A stretch of DNA of 64,000 bases from an uncultured Bacteroidia bacterium (GCA_902799345.1 CADBZW010000020.1:50603-114602), one strand, 5' to 3'; counted from the stretch's first letter, positions 5,800 to 16,102 are shown. Notes: generated by a model not told the origin, from the sequence alone. Program-made: numbers and translations.

Positions 5800-7467
5800 T
5801 TACAAGCCAAACAAATCCTTGTAATACCTGACCGCCGCCGAATCGTTTTCGAGGACTTTGGCTATTTTATCCGCATTGGCGTTTTTAGCCATGTTGTCGT
5901 CGGCAAAAAGTCGCTCCAAATCGTTCCAAGAAAGCCCCGAACGATGCAAGCCATAGAAAAGCAACTGGCCGGCCTTGCCCTTGACAGCCTTCAAACGCTT
6001 ACCTTGCCTACAGACAAAATTCCTCGACAACAATCCCTCCAGCAACTGCACCAAATCACGATCACCTTTGGCAGTGGCAATCACACAAGTTGAATCTTTG
6101 AAAACGCTGTAAACCAAGTTATTCAGTTCGGTTTTCGACATCTTTGCCGACAAATAATCAGATGGACGCAGCGACTGCCCTTTCGCGAGATTCTTGTGGC
6201 GTAGATAGGTCTTTTCTTTCCCGTGTTCAAGACTAACCTTTTCGTGGACCACACCATCGAACTGGAGCAACAAAGCCTGCCCTTTTTCCACAATGGAACT
6301 TAAATTCGGGCAGATGATCACTTCCAAAAACATCTTATCGCTGTCTTTCACATCCAGCAACAGCAAAATGCGACATAGTTTATTGTCAGCCAATGCTTTA
6401 AGACACGATTTCAAAGTATCATTGGCATCAGTAAGATAAAGAATGACTACATCCGTGTCCTCAAGAGAACCAACTTTGCCCAAATCGAACCACAACAATT
6501 CAGATAGTTCACCACCCACATCAATGGCTTTTGTATCAGCAATTTCCAGAGGGAACGAAGATGCGCAACGGAAGTCTTTGGTCAGTTCTTTTAGATGGGG
6601 TTCAAAAGCACCTACCAACTTGTCCAATTCATGTTTTGCGGACAGTTTTCCGATAAGGTATGACATTAATTCGTTATCCCAGATGTTGGGTTGGGCAACT
6701 TCCACCATTTCGGATGTCAGTTTCAAGTCTTCGGGCGGAACAAACTGGCGAAATCGCGCCTTCTGCAAGGCATTGAGCATGAGTCGGGCGGCAGTGGCCT
6801 CATCATCAAGGCAAAAAGCCAATTGGAAGTCGGCAAACAATTCCTTCGGTGATTTCTTTGGTTGCACCTTATATAAATAGCGGTTGATGGTCAGTGTTTC
6901 GGAACGGAAATCATCGAAATGGGTCAAACCCATGATTTCGTCCCTGGCAATTTTCTTGTCCAACAACGTTTTCAAGGCTGCGTTCCAAACCAACAGCACT
7001 TCGGGTTGCACGGTTTCCAATAATTCCTGGAAAGCATCCCAATCCTCGTAGCGATAGGCCAATCCTTTCTCCTCGTATTCAGGTACTTGTGGCGACGGAC
7101 AGAAATACTGCAAATAATTGGCGAAAGCCACCTGTTCCCAAAACTCCGTTTTTTTGGCTTCGGTGCAGTCGTCGGTCTTGCCTAACATCAGTTTCGTGAA
7201 ATAGGAATAAGTCGGATAGCGGTCGTATTCCTCCAAAAAAGCGTCGATTTCAATTTGGTTGCTTAGCGAAAGGCACAAGTCGTGGCGGTCGCCGTAGGCA
7301 GGGCAGTTAGCATCATAACTTGCACAATTCCTTTGCATTACACAATCCTCATAAAACGGGCACTGCTTCAGTACGCAATGATGCTTCACGCCCAAGACAA
7401 GGGTTCGGTAGCCCTTGAAGCCCTCTTGATAATGCTGCCCTATGCGCGGTTGGAAGAACATCGGCAC
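5800..7467 (-). CDS. Large hypothetical protein (555 aa) with a Cys-rich N-terminal region
   Basis: Long ORF with normal composition. Six Cys occur within residues 31-65 (HHC..QC..DC..NC..NC..LC). The GTG at 7467 touches, and the ATG at 7461 closely follows, the ABC-F stop codon. Confidence 0.7.
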   Translation of the reverse strand: MPMFFQPRIGQHYQEGFKGYRTLVLGVKHHCVLKQCPFYEDCVMQRNCASYDANCPAYGDRHDLCLSLSNQIEIDAFLEEYDRYPTYSYFTKLMLGKTDDCTEAKKTEFWEQVAFANYLQYFCPSPQVPEYEEKGLAYRYEDWDAFQELLETVQPEVLLVWNAALKTLLDKKIARDEIMGLTHFDDFRSETLTINRYLYKVQPKKSPKELFADFQLAFCLDDEATAARLMLNALQKARFRQFVPPEDLKLTSEMVEVAQPNIWDNELMSYLIGKLSAKHELDKLVGAFEPHLKELTKDFRCASSFPLEIADTKAIDVGGELSELLWFDLGKVGSLEDTDVVILYLTDANDTLKSCLKALADNKLCRILLLLDVKDSDKMFLEVIICPNLSSIVEKGQALLLQFDGVVHEKVSLEHGKEKTYLRHKNLAKGQSLRPSDYLSAKMSKTELNNLVYSVFKDSTCVIATAKGDRDLVQLLEGLLSRNFVCRQGKRLKAVKGKAGQLLFYGLHRSGLSWNDLERLFADDNMAKNANADKIAKVLENDSAAVRYYKDLFGL

Positions 7468-9422
7468 TATTTTTCATACTCCGCCATCACCTCGTCATGT
7501 TCCATCTGCCTCTCTCCCCAGTCATCCATGAGGTGTTGGAGTTGCTCTTTCTTTTGGCCGTAAGCCCAATACCAGTCGTTGTCAATCTTGATGTCGGGAT
7601 GCTCGTCGGGATGGGCCATGATGGCATCTTGCTCGGCTAGTTCGGCTTCCAATTTGCCGATGGCTTCTTCGAGGCGTTGGATTTCCTTGTCGACCTTGCG
7701 GAGCTTGGCGTCAATCTGCTTCTTGCGCTCGTAGTTGATTTTGTTCTGCGAGACAGGTTCAGCGGCGACTTTCTGAGGCTGTTGCTTGGCGGCTATCTCC
7801 AACTCCTTCAAGTGAGTGAGGTTCTTTTGTTCCAAAAAGTCATAAATGTCGCCAACGTACTCCTTGATGTTAGGCTTGCGGAATTCGTAGACTTTGTTGG
7901 TCAGACCTTGCAGGAAGTCGCGGTCGTGGGAGACGATGATTAAGGTGCCGTCATATTGGATTAAGGCGTTTTTCAGGATGTCCTTGGAGAGCATGTCCAA
8001 GTGGTTCGTCGGCTCGTCGAGGACCAACATATTGGTTGGGAAAAGCAGCATCTTGGCCAAGGAAAGACGGGCCTTCTCGCCTCCCGAGAGCACCTTCACC
8101 TTCTTGTCGATGTCGTCGCCACGGAAGAGGAAGGAGCCGAGCAAAGCCTTCACCTTAAGACGCATGTCGCCCACAGCCACATCGTCCAAGGTCTCAAAGA
8201 CGGTCTTGTTCATGTCGAGCATATCCTGCTGGTTCTGGGCGTAATATCCAATTTTAACCTCATGACCCAGCTTTACCTCACCTTCATGGTCGAGCACGCC
8301 GCAAATAATTTTAGACAGCGTGGATTTGCCCTCGCCATTGCGTCCCACAAAGGCAATCTTCTCCCCTCTCGGAATCAACAGGTTGACGTCTTTGAGGATG
8401 ACCTGGTCGCCGTAGGACTTGCTCACATGGTTCAGCTCCAGCGTCACCTTGCCAGAATGAGGCGCAGGCGGAAACTTGAAATGGATGGCTGTGCTGTCGA
8501 TGTCGTCAATGACGATTTCATCCATCTTTTCGAGCAGCTTCACGCGGCTCTGCACCTGTTTGGCTTTGGTCGCCTTGTAGCGGAACCGCTCGATGAACGC
8601 CTCTATATTCTTGATTTCGCGCTGCTGGTTCTCGTAGGCCGAGCGTTGCATGTCGACGCGCTCCTCACGGAGACCGACATACTCGGAATACGGCACCTTG
8701 TAGTCATAGATTTTGCCATTCGAGATTTCCACCGTGCGGATGGTGATGTTGTCGAGGAAAGCGCGGTCGTGGGAGACCATCAGGATGGCACCGTAATAGG
8801 CCTTCAGGAAGCCTTCGAGCCATTGGATGGACTCGATGTCGAGGTGGTTGGTGGGCTCGTCGAGGAGGAGCAGGTTGGGCTTTTTCAACAAGATTTTCGC
8901 CAATTCCACGCGCATTTGCCAGCCGTTGCTGAACTCGCGCATGGGGCGCAGCATGTCCTCATGGCCGAAACCCAATCCGACCAAAATCCGCTCCGCTTCA
9001 CCTTCGATGCTATTGCCACCGAGCAAGGCCAAGCGGTCGTTCAAGTTGTTCAACTTAACTATCAGCTTCTCGTATTGCGGGCTTTCATAGTCTGTGCGCT
9101 CAGCCAATTCCTGTTGCAGACGCTCCGAATCACGTTCCAGTTGATGGTATTCGTCGAAGGCAGAAAGGGCCTCATCCAAAACCGTTTTCGTGCTGTTGAC
9201 GTTCTTCTCCTGAGGCAAATAACCTATGGTAACGCCCTGAGGAATAATCACATCGCCTTTTGAAGGCTGTTCCAACCCACAAATGAGCTTCAGCAACGTA
9301 GTCTTGCCCGCACCATTCTTTCCCACGAGGCCGATACGGTCTTTCTCGCGGATCAAAAAGGAGATGTCGGTGAAGAGGTCTTCACCGGTGAAGTGCATGC
9401 TGAGGTTTTGGATTGAAATCAT
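7467..9422 (-). CDS. ABC-F family ATPase (translation factor or ribosome-associated type, 651 aa)
   Basis: Two nucleotide-binding domains are present (GKNGAGKTT and GRNGEGKST; LSGG signatures). There is an inter-domain linker, no TM segments, and a charged coiled C-terminal extension. Confidence 0.95.
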   Translation of the reverse strand: MISIQNLSMHFTGEDLFTDISFLIREKDRIGLVGKNGAGKTTLLKLICGLEQPSKGDVIIPQGVTIGYLPQEKNVNSTKTVLDEALSAFDEYHQLERDSERLQQELAERTDYESPQYEKLIVKLNNLNDRLALLGGNSIEGEAERILVGLGFGHEDMLRPMREFSNGWQMRVELAKILLKKPNLLLLDEPTNHLDIESIQWLEGFLKAYYGAILMVSHDRAFLDNITIRTVEISNGKIYDYKVPYSEYVGLREERVDMQRSAYENQQREIKNIEAFIERFRYKATKAKQVQSRVKLLEKMDEIVIDDIDSTAIHFKFPPAPHSGKVTLELNHVSKSYGDQVILKDVNLLIPRGEKIAFVGRNGEGKSTLSKIICGVLDHEGEVKLGHEVKIGYYAQNQQDMLDMNKTVFETLDDVAVGDMRLKVKALLGSFLFRGDDIDKKVKVLSGGEKARLSLAKMLLFPTNMLVLDEPTNHLDMLSKDILKNALIQYDGTLIIVSHDRDFLQGLTNKVYEFRKPNIKEYVGDIYDFLEQKNLTHLKELEIAAKQQPQKVAAEPVSQNKINYERKKQIDAKLRKVDKEIQRLEEAIGKLEAELAEQDAIMAHPDEHPDIKIDNDWYWAYGQKKEQLQHLMDDWGERQMEHDEVMAEYEK

Positions 9423-9441
9423 CGTGGGCCGTTTTAGGCCG

Positions 9442-9449
9442 CAAAGGTA
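9442..9449 (-). promoter_or_regulatory. -7 promoter box (CAAAGGTA on the plus strand) for the ABC-F gene
   Basis: TAnnTTTG in minus orientation, 20 nt upstream of the ATG at 9422. Confidence 0.4.
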
Positions 9450-9456
9450 CAGTTTT

Positions 9457-10038
9457 TTATTGGTTTTTAGACTTGTTTTCAGTCAAACACCAATCCTTAA
9501 GACGAGCACATAATAAACAAAAATGATCCAAAGGACTTTCGGGGGCTGGTTCCCAAATTTGCCCACAAGAAATCACCCCATTTTCGTTTATCTCAAATTG
9601 ATACAGATCTCCATCAATAGCGCTCCCGACGGAAACACTATCTATTTTATTATCAATGAATTGTTTGCTTAAATACAACTCTTGTTCCGCAAGCTCCTTT
9701 TCCAACTCAACGAAGCATTCATCTATATTGATGCCCGCAGCGTCTTTTGCATACCATAGGTTTTTGTCAAACGAGATTACCTTTAAAAAATACTGCTCTT
9801 CAACGGATTCTATTTGTAATGCATATTCAGGATCAAATGAGGGCATGGTTGTGAATCGGAAAAGAAAATCGTCTCCTAAACGAGTCTGGAGAATACTATC
9901 CAAGGAATTGTAATAGCTTTTCAATTGCGGAGTCACATCAAACCTGGCACAAAGTGATAGCCTTGATTGAGCAACTGCTTTTCCGTTCAATCCAAGTATT
10001 GATAATAACAATACTATGCCTATAATACCTTTTTTCAT
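9457..10038 (-). CDS. Secreted hypothetical protein (193 aa), AT-rich
   Basis: The signal peptide is MKKGIIGIVLLLSILGLNGKAVAQ. It is the last gene of the ECF-controlled operon and is visibly lower in GC than its neighbours. Confidence 0.6.
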   Translation of the reverse strand: MKKGIIGIVLLLSILGLNGKAVAQSRLSLCARFDVTPQLKSYYNSLDSILQTRLGDDFLFRFTTMPSFDPEYALQIESVEEQYFLKVISFDKNLWYAKDAAGINIDECFVELEKELAEQELYLSKQFIDNKIDSVSVGSAIDGDLYQFEINENGVISCGQIWEPAPESPLDHFCLLCARLKDWCLTENKSKNQ

Positions 10039-10041
10039 GGC

Positions 10042-13000
10042 TTATTTTGAAATGACTAAAGGTTTAACCGCTATTCTGTTTTGAGATATGATTTTCACCC
10101 AGTACAAACCGCCTTCAAAGCCCGACAAATCGAGTTGCACGACATCGCCAGCGATTTCTTTATCGAGTAGCAGTTGTCCCAAAGCATTGTAAACCACCAC
10201 CTTCTGCATCCCTTCCTGCTCAATGGTGATTTGGCCGTTGGAAGGGTTGGGATAGAGCTTCAGCGCAGCCTCTGCCCTGTCCTCCGTCGACCAGTTGTCA
10301 TCGACATACACATACTGCACATCGGGGTCATACAAGGCCGTGGCGAAGTCCGACTCACAGGTCTCGCCATCATCGGAGAGATAAACGGCAGTGAGACGAT
10401 AATAGAACTCGCTGTGTTCTTCATCCATCAGCACATCGCGATATTGGTAGAAGACCTGGCCTTCGACGGCGGGAATGGTCGCCACCTGCTGATACTCCAT
10501 GGGGTTGTACCCACGATAGAGGTTGTATTGCTGCAAGGCATAACCTTCGGCATCCAAGGGACGCATCCTTCCCGAGCGGTTGGAGACGAAGGCACGCAGC
10601 ATCCAGGTGTATTGCATGTTGAAAACGGCCAAGTCGAGCCAATGCTCACCGTCGAGCGAGACCCAACGTCCGTTGGGGTTGCCCTGGTCGGCACAAGCAG
10701 CGGCGGGACGGCTCAGCCCTTGCTGCCCCACGACAATCCACAGCGGCTCGTCCTCTGGGATTTCGACCGCAGAATTGATGGTTTCCTCGTGCCAGTCGTG
10801 GGCGTTGCTCAAGGTCATGTTTTGCGACCACACCAAGGTGCGTGGTGCTGTCTCGCCACCCACATAAATCCACAGCTGATAGGTGCCCGCCCCCACGTCG
10901 AAGAGCGAGATTTTCTTCAATGCAGTGCCGGCATAGTCTTCCAAATCAGCAGCATCGAAGCGGATGCTCCAGAAGATGATCGGCTCGTTGTCACTGCCCA
11001 AAGAACGTTTATAGACGCCATTGTCATAATACAGCCAGCTTTGGACCGGGTCGGGGCGCTCGCCCCACGAAATCAAGGCGCCATAGTCCGTTTCGCTATG
11101 GTAATAGTTCTCACCCTCCAAGTTCACCGGCGGGTCGCAGAACAGCGGGAACGAAGCCACGGCACTTTCCTCGCACGACATGGAGTAATAGTCGCCATCC
11201 ATCGCGCCGTAATACACCAAACGCAGGCAATAGGTAACTTCGCCGTGCATCACCACCGTTTGGTCGAGATAGGTGTTACCTTCCACAAAAGCAAGAAACT
11301 CGCCATCGCGGTACAGACGAGCGCCTAAGATAGAATCGCCCTCGGGCAGCTCCCACGAAAGCAGCACTGCGTCGTTGTTGATTGACCACTGTAAGCCACT
11401 GACGCTTCCCTGATAATCGGAGCAGGGCCGATACACCCACTCCGCCGAGCGCCAGGCACAGGTGTCGGAGAGATAGACGGGACGTACCTCGGCCCAACAG
11501 GTGTCGCCAGGCGTCAATCCGCTGACGTCAAACTGGAACGAAGCCCCCGTTGCGATGCCTGCCGCTTGTCCGTTCAGCCTCAACTCAACATACTGCAAGT
11601 CGCGGTATAAAGTGTCGCTCATCTGCCACATAGCGAAACCCGTTGACGACACATACAAGCTGTCGATACCATAGACGGCTTCCTGAAGCTCAATGTCGAC
11701 TTGCTGTGGCTCTAGAACCGACAGTTCCGAGATATAATCCACATAACCGTCAAGATGCACACGGAGGTCATACTGGTCGCGATACACGTCTGACAATAGC
11801 AGATGTCCGTTGGCATCGGCTGCGGTTTGATAGGTATGACCAGGAGAAGAAAGCGTCACCACGGCACCCGAGGCGGACATCTCCGTATTGGTGGTAATGT
11901 TCGCTTCAAACGTGGTCGTCATGTCCTTGTCGAGCAGCACCGACCAAGTGGTGTCGGAGAAGGGACGGTTGCCCTCGTAATAGCACGTCACGCCCCAGCT
12001 GTATCTTCCCCATGGCAGGCCACTCCACCTCGTATCCATGTAGACCGTATCCGTCAGATGCGAGGCCAACAGCACCGGGGCTTGGTCGGCACGACGGCGG
12101 TACAAGTCATAATAACGTAGCGAGCGTTCGCCCTCGGAGGTCTCTTGGCCAAAATAGATGGCATCCACATAGAAACAGTCGTCGCCGACATCCGTGGAAT
12201 TGTCTTTTTGGTAGGTCCAGCGAAACACATGCTCGCCTTGGGTAACAGCGAAGACGTAATGCGTCCAGTCCGTCTCGCCCGAGACCTCAACTTTCTTCAC
12301 GCCATCCAAATAGAAACCACCTTTATCCCAGTTGTTTTCTGACGAAATCCTGCCATAAAAGCTCATCTCGCCGTTGAAAGGAATGAAAACCGACACTTCG
12401 ATCTGCGAAATACCATTGCTCACCCCTTGGCAGGACGACCGCATACAATAACTGCCTTCACAGGCCCCCTCGTCGCTGATGGTCCAAGGATAGGGTGAAG
12501 CATTGACCCAATTGACTTTGCTGAAATCGCCTGATTCGAAGTCTTCATACAGCACTGGATCGTGCCGCGACCAGCTGACACGCACCATGTCGGCGGAGTA
12601 AAGCCTTGCCGCAACATACTGTACGGGGGCGACAACTTCATGCAAAATCAAATTAATGTTAGGGATCTCCGGATAGGGATAATACAAGGTGTCGTATTGT
12701 CCCGTTGAGGCGTCGTAAACCAGATACAAAGAATCGCAAATGCCCGTCAGCGTATCACACTCCACAACCAACGTATCGTATTCAAAGGGAAGGGAGCTGC
12801 TATCAACCCATAAGGAATCTATCCAAGAGGTCGGTTGATACCCTTGGGCATAAGCCGAGATCCAATACATGCCATCGTTGACGACACGCTCGAAACGTCC
12901 GGACGCATTTGTTTCAGCTTGATAATCAACTATATTACCTTGGACATCCACTCCCGAAAAAAGCACCGAGACACCGGCAATGGGCGTCGCATGGTCTTGC

Positions 13001-13098
13001 TCAAGTATTCTGCCACTGACCACAGCTTGGCCTTGAGCCTGATGAAACGACATCATGGCAAACACCAAAGCGGCAAATATCGTCAGCAACTTATTCAT
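10042..13098 (-). CDS. Large T9SS-sorted secreted or surface protein (1018 aa)
   Basis: A signal peptide is followed by a CarboxypepD_reg-like N-terminus (VSGRILEQDHATPIAGVSVLF). Lectin/MAM-like and Fn3-like segments follow. The C-terminal sorting domain is LKLYPNPSNGQITIE...VVVYNALGQLL...GLYWVKI. Confidence 0.85.
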   Translation of the reverse strand: MNKLLTIFAALVFAMMSFHQAQGQAVVSGRILEQDHATPIAGVSVLFSGVDVQGNIVDYQAETNASGRFERVVNDGMYWISAYAQGYQPTSWIDSLWVDSSSLPFEYDTLVVECDTLTGICDSLYLVYDASTGQYDTLYYPYPEIPNINLILHEVVAPVQYVAARLYSADMVRVSWSRHDPVLYEDFESGDFSKVNWVNASPYPWTISDEGACEGSYCMRSSCQGVSNGISQIEVSVFIPFNGEMSFYGRISSENNWDKGGFYLDGVKKVEVSGETDWTHYVFAVTQGEHVFRWTYQKDNSTDVGDDCFYVDAIYFGQETSEGERSLRYYDLYRRRADQAPVLLASHLTDTVYMDTRWSGLPWGRYSWGVTCYYEGNRPFSDTTWSVLLDKDMTTTFEANITTNTEMSASGAVVTLSSPGHTYQTAADANGHLLLSDVYRDQYDLRVHLDGYVDYISELSVLEPQQVDIELQEAVYGIDSLYVSSTGFAMWQMSDTLYRDLQYVELRLNGQAAGIATGASFQFDVSGLTPGDTCWAEVRPVYLSDTCAWRSAEWVYRPCSDYQGSVSGLQWSINNDAVLLSWELPEGDSILGARLYRDGEFLAFVEGNTYLDQTVVMHGEVTYCLRLVYYGAMDGDYYSMSCEESAVASFPLFCDPPVNLEGENYYHSETDYGALISWGERPDPVQSWLYYDNGVYKRSLGSDNEPIIFWSIRFDAADLEDYAGTALKKISLFDVGAGTYQLWIYVGGETAPRTLVWSQNMTLSNAHDWHEETINSAVEIPEDEPLWIVVGQQGLSRPAAACADQGNPNGRWVSLDGEHWLDLAVFNMQYTWMLRAFVSNRSGRMRPLDAEGYALQQYNLYRGYNPMEYQQVATIPAVEGQVFYQYRDVLMDEEHSEFYYRLTAVYLSDDGETCESDFATALYDPDVQYVYVDDNWSTEDRAEAALKLYPNPSNGQITIEQEGMQKVVVYNALGQLLLDKEIAGDVVQLDLSGFEGGLYWVKIISQNRIAVKPLVISK

Positions 13099-13108
13099 TT
13101 TCTATTAT

Positions 13109-16099
13109 TTATCGTTTAACAAATTTAACCATCAAGGTCTCGGTTGAGTTGGACAGACGAACGAAATAAACGCCCACTGGCAAATCGGCAACTGCAATGA
13201 CACACTCACCCAACAGGTCGGTTTGCATCTTCCGCTCTCTGAGCAAGGTCGCGCCCAGGCTATTCATTACGCTGACCTCGTATTCAGCTTGTTCCTCCAA
13301 GCCGCCAAGAGTGATTTCCTCTTCCGCCGGGTTAGGATAGATGCTGACTTCTCGCGCCACCTCTTGTAAGCTTTGTGGCCTCATCTTCACTTTGCCTTCC
13401 TCCACATAAAGATGGAGATCCAAGGCAGAGGGCTGGTCGGGCGAAAGTGTAATCTCCTCACACATTCCACGACCATAGCGTGGTAAGTCGGCCATCACAT
13501 AATAGGTGCCAAAAGGCAAATTCCTAAAGTTGAACTTGCCCTCGTGGTCGGTCAAGGCAAATCCCAACACCCGCTGCTTGTTGGCGTTGAGCAACAAGAT
13601 GCCCACGTTGGAGAGACCTTCGGTGCAATACGTGTCGGCATCGCCTTCGCGCAGCCACGATTGGCAATAGAAGTCGCGTGGCTTAAAGGATTGGACAGGA
13701 AGCTCAAAGACACCAGCGATGCGGCCTTCACCCAAACTGAATCCCGACTCACGCACCGGCAATTCGATATCCACATCATAAACATCGCCATCCACCTCTA
13801 TCATGTTCGACTCGCCCCATTGCCATTCACCAAGATAATAACATCCCGCAGATTCCACGTCCACCGTGTCGGGGAAGGCATACAGGATATAGGTGTCGGG
13901 CAGCAAAGCCACAAAGCGGAAGGCGCCTTCGACATCGGAGACGGTACGGTAGAACCCTGACATAAACTGGTTCTCGTCGCTCAACGAAGCGGCAATCACC
14001 TGAGCATTAGGAAACTCCGCACCTTTCAGCCAGGTCTTCCCTTCGAGGGCAAAGACCTTGAGCAAGTCGTAATGCACCCTACTGGAGACATGACCGCACG
14101 CCGACCAGGCTTCCAAGACCAAATCCACATAGCCTTGCTCCCGATCTTGTTCACCAAGATAATATAGGGTATGCAGCGTATGGATGTCGCCAAAACGCCC
14201 ATCGCCCAACGAATGCCAACGCAGCGAATCATAGTTGTATGCCTCGGCGCGGTCGAGCAGTATAGGCAAGTCCATGCCGCTATAATAGTCTTCACCGGCA
14301 AACACGCTCAACTCCTTGTGGAGCACCAGCTTCATGGCATCTGTCTTCACCATGCCATTGCTGACGACACGCAACGTCAGCGTCACCTCTCCCGCCTCAT
14401 AGTCGGCCTCAGAAGGACGATAAGAAGGTCGCAGCGACAAAGAGTCAGTGAAATGACCTGTGCCGGAGGTGCGCCACACAAAGCCGCTATAGGTGTAGGG
14501 GATGTTAGCGGAGTCGAGGGTATAGCTCGGCGTAGGAGCGCATAACGAAGCATCGGGACCCGCATAGGGGTAATAAGAAGCAAAGGCGTAGGCACTCTGG
14601 CCCAACGACGCATACACCGAGGGGTCAAAGTCACGGTCGCAAGCCACCACAGCCACATTGTTTCCAGCCTGTTGAGGCGTCAGCGTGCAGGAGTTTGCAT
14701 AGATGGCACCCGTATGGTGGGAGAACTTGTAATAGCTGAAATTGCCGTAAAACAACATATAGTGGTCAATGTCGCTCTCGGGATTCTCTTCCCACGAAAC
14801 GCGCCAGCGGTTGTTCACAAACTGTTTCTTCACCTCAAAGGGAGGCGAAACGGGAGCGGTAGTGTCGCACTCGGTCAAGTAGCCTTCGTAGATGATCTCG
14901 CCCAACGTAGGGGTGTCATGCTTGTCAAGAATCACCGACTCGATTTCTGCCACCGAGTCAACATCCCAATAGTTGCCGCGCATATCAATATCCTCGGCGG
15001 AAAGGTTGGCAAACAAGATGTCGTCCTTTTTAAAATGCAAGATATTATTACCATTCATCCTCGACCGCCCCGAAGGGAAGCTGATGACTTTGTTCTGCGC
15101 CTCGCTGATGGTGTTGCCCTCAAAGACTGCCGTGCCAGAAGGAAGCAGGTTGGAAAGCACCAGGCCGTTGTCGTAGAAGGTGTTATTCTTAAGGAACAGA
15201 CGGCATACGCGCATCATGCGAACTGCTTCGTCGTTGCGCCAAAACACATTATTGCGAATCACCAAGGAGTCCATGGCTGCCTTTATGCCATACGAAGAAT
15301 AGCCGCCACTTCCTGGCACATTGGAGGAGATGAGGTTGTTTTCGATGAAGTTGACAGCCACCTGGTCGGAGATGCCGCCTACCGTCTCAAAACTGATGGC
15401 CGTGGCCGCACCTTCAAAGTAGTTATCCGAGACATGGTTGTTGTTGCATTTGAAGCCATATCCCACATTGGAAATCTCAATATTAATCTGACCTTGGTCG
15501 AAAATATTGTGGGTGATGCGATTGCCCGTGCTATGGGTGGCTCTCGCTTTCAACTCGACCCCCGAGATGCATTGGGAGAAAAAGCAGCTGTCGACGCTGC
15601 AGTCGGTACAATCAATGATTTCGATGCCCTTACCCGCGTAATAGTTCTTAAAAGAGCAATGGCTGACAGAGACTTGCTCGCAGTTTGTTGTCGTAAGGGC
15701 CGTCAGGGCGCCCACAAATTCAACATAATGGAACCGTATCGAGTCCTCCAACGAGACATTTTTCACTTGCACTCCTGCCCAGTCTTGCGAAAACTCATAA
15801 CACATGAGGTAAATGGAGTCCCGCTGCTGTCCGTCAAGAAAAAGACGCCCGCCGTCCACACGCAAGGCGGCGGATTGGGCAAAATACATCTTGGTGCCAG
15901 GGGCTATACGCAGGTCGCCGCCTTCAACCACCGTCAACGACTCATTCACCAGATAAGCCGAATCATCGCCCAACTTGGGCAGCACCAACAGCGTATCCAC
16001 CACCCCTTGGATGGGAACATAATGCTGCGCCATGCCCATCATGCCTTGCGCCAGCAACAGCAGAACAAGAAGACATCTTATGGGTCTAAACACTTTCAT
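13109..16099 (-). CDS. T9SS-sorted right-handed parallel beta-helix repeat protein (996 aa)
   Basis: A signal peptide is followed by repeated N-x-I/V-x-x-N beta-helix-like turns (NRITHNIF, NNHVSDNYF, IENNLIS, IRNNVFW, LKNNTFY). The C-terminal sorting domain is VSIYPNPAEEEITL...VSVMNSLGATL...GVYFVRL. Confidence 0.8.
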   Translation of the reverse strand: MKVFRPIRCLLVLLLLAQGMMGMAQHYVPIQGVVDTLLVLPKLGDDSAYLVNESLTVVEGGDLRIAPGTKMYFAQSAALRVDGGRLFLDGQQRDSIYLMCYEFSQDWAGVQVKNVSLEDSIRFHYVEFVGALTALTTTNCEQVSVSHCSFKNYYAGKGIEIIDCTDCSVDSCFFSQCISGVELKARATHSTGNRITHNIFDQGQINIEISNVGYGFKCNNNHVSDNYFEGAATAISFETVGGISDQVAVNFIENNLISSNVPGSGGYSSYGIKAAMDSLVIRNNVFWRNDEAVRMMRVCRLFLKNNTFYDNGLVLSNLLPSGTAVFEGNTISEAQNKVISFPSGRSRMNGNNILHFKKDDILFANLSAEDIDMRGNYWDVDSVAEIESVILDKHDTPTLGEIIYEGYLTECDTTAPVSPPFEVKKQFVNNRWRVSWEENPESDIDHYMLFYGNFSYYKFSHHTGAIYANSCTLTPQQAGNNVAVVACDRDFDPSVYASLGQSAYAFASYYPYAGPDASLCAPTPSYTLDSANIPYTYSGFVWRTSGTGHFTDSLSLRPSYRPSEADYEAGEVTLTLRVVSNGMVKTDAMKLVLHKELSVFAGEDYYSGMDLPILLDRAEAYNYDSLRWHSLGDGRFGDIHTLHTLYYLGEQDREQGYVDLVLEAWSACGHVSSRVHYDLLKVFALEGKTWLKGAEFPNAQVIAASLSDENQFMSGFYRTVSDVEGAFRFVALLPDTYILYAFPDTVDVESAGCYYLGEWQWGESNMIEVDGDVYDVDIELPVRESGFSLGEGRIAGVFELPVQSFKPRDFYCQSWLREGDADTYCTEGLSNVGILLLNANKQRVLGFALTDHEGKFNFRNLPFGTYYVMADLPRYGRGMCEEITLSPDQPSALDLHLYVEEGKVKMRPQSLQEVAREVSIYPNPAEEEITLGGLEEQAEYEVSVMNSLGATLLRERKMQTDLLGECVIAVADLPVGVYFVRLSNSTETLMVKFVKR

Positions 16100-16102
16100 G
16101 GC

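Noticed and set aside
5800-7467. Annotating the 555-aa protein as a uracil-DNA-glycosylase-superfamily enzyme.
   Set aside because: Only a loose order-of-motifs resemblance and a Cys cluster support it. That is not enough without a profile or structure search, so the protein is kept as hypothetical.
8001-9263. 420-aa + strand ORF, with other + strand ORFs between 7677 and 9513, overlapping the ABC-F gene.
   Set aside because: It is antisense to a gene with unmistakable ABC-F motifs. Its translation is V/L/H/D/G-rich with no motifs, which is a typical shadow ORF in a GC-rich coding region.
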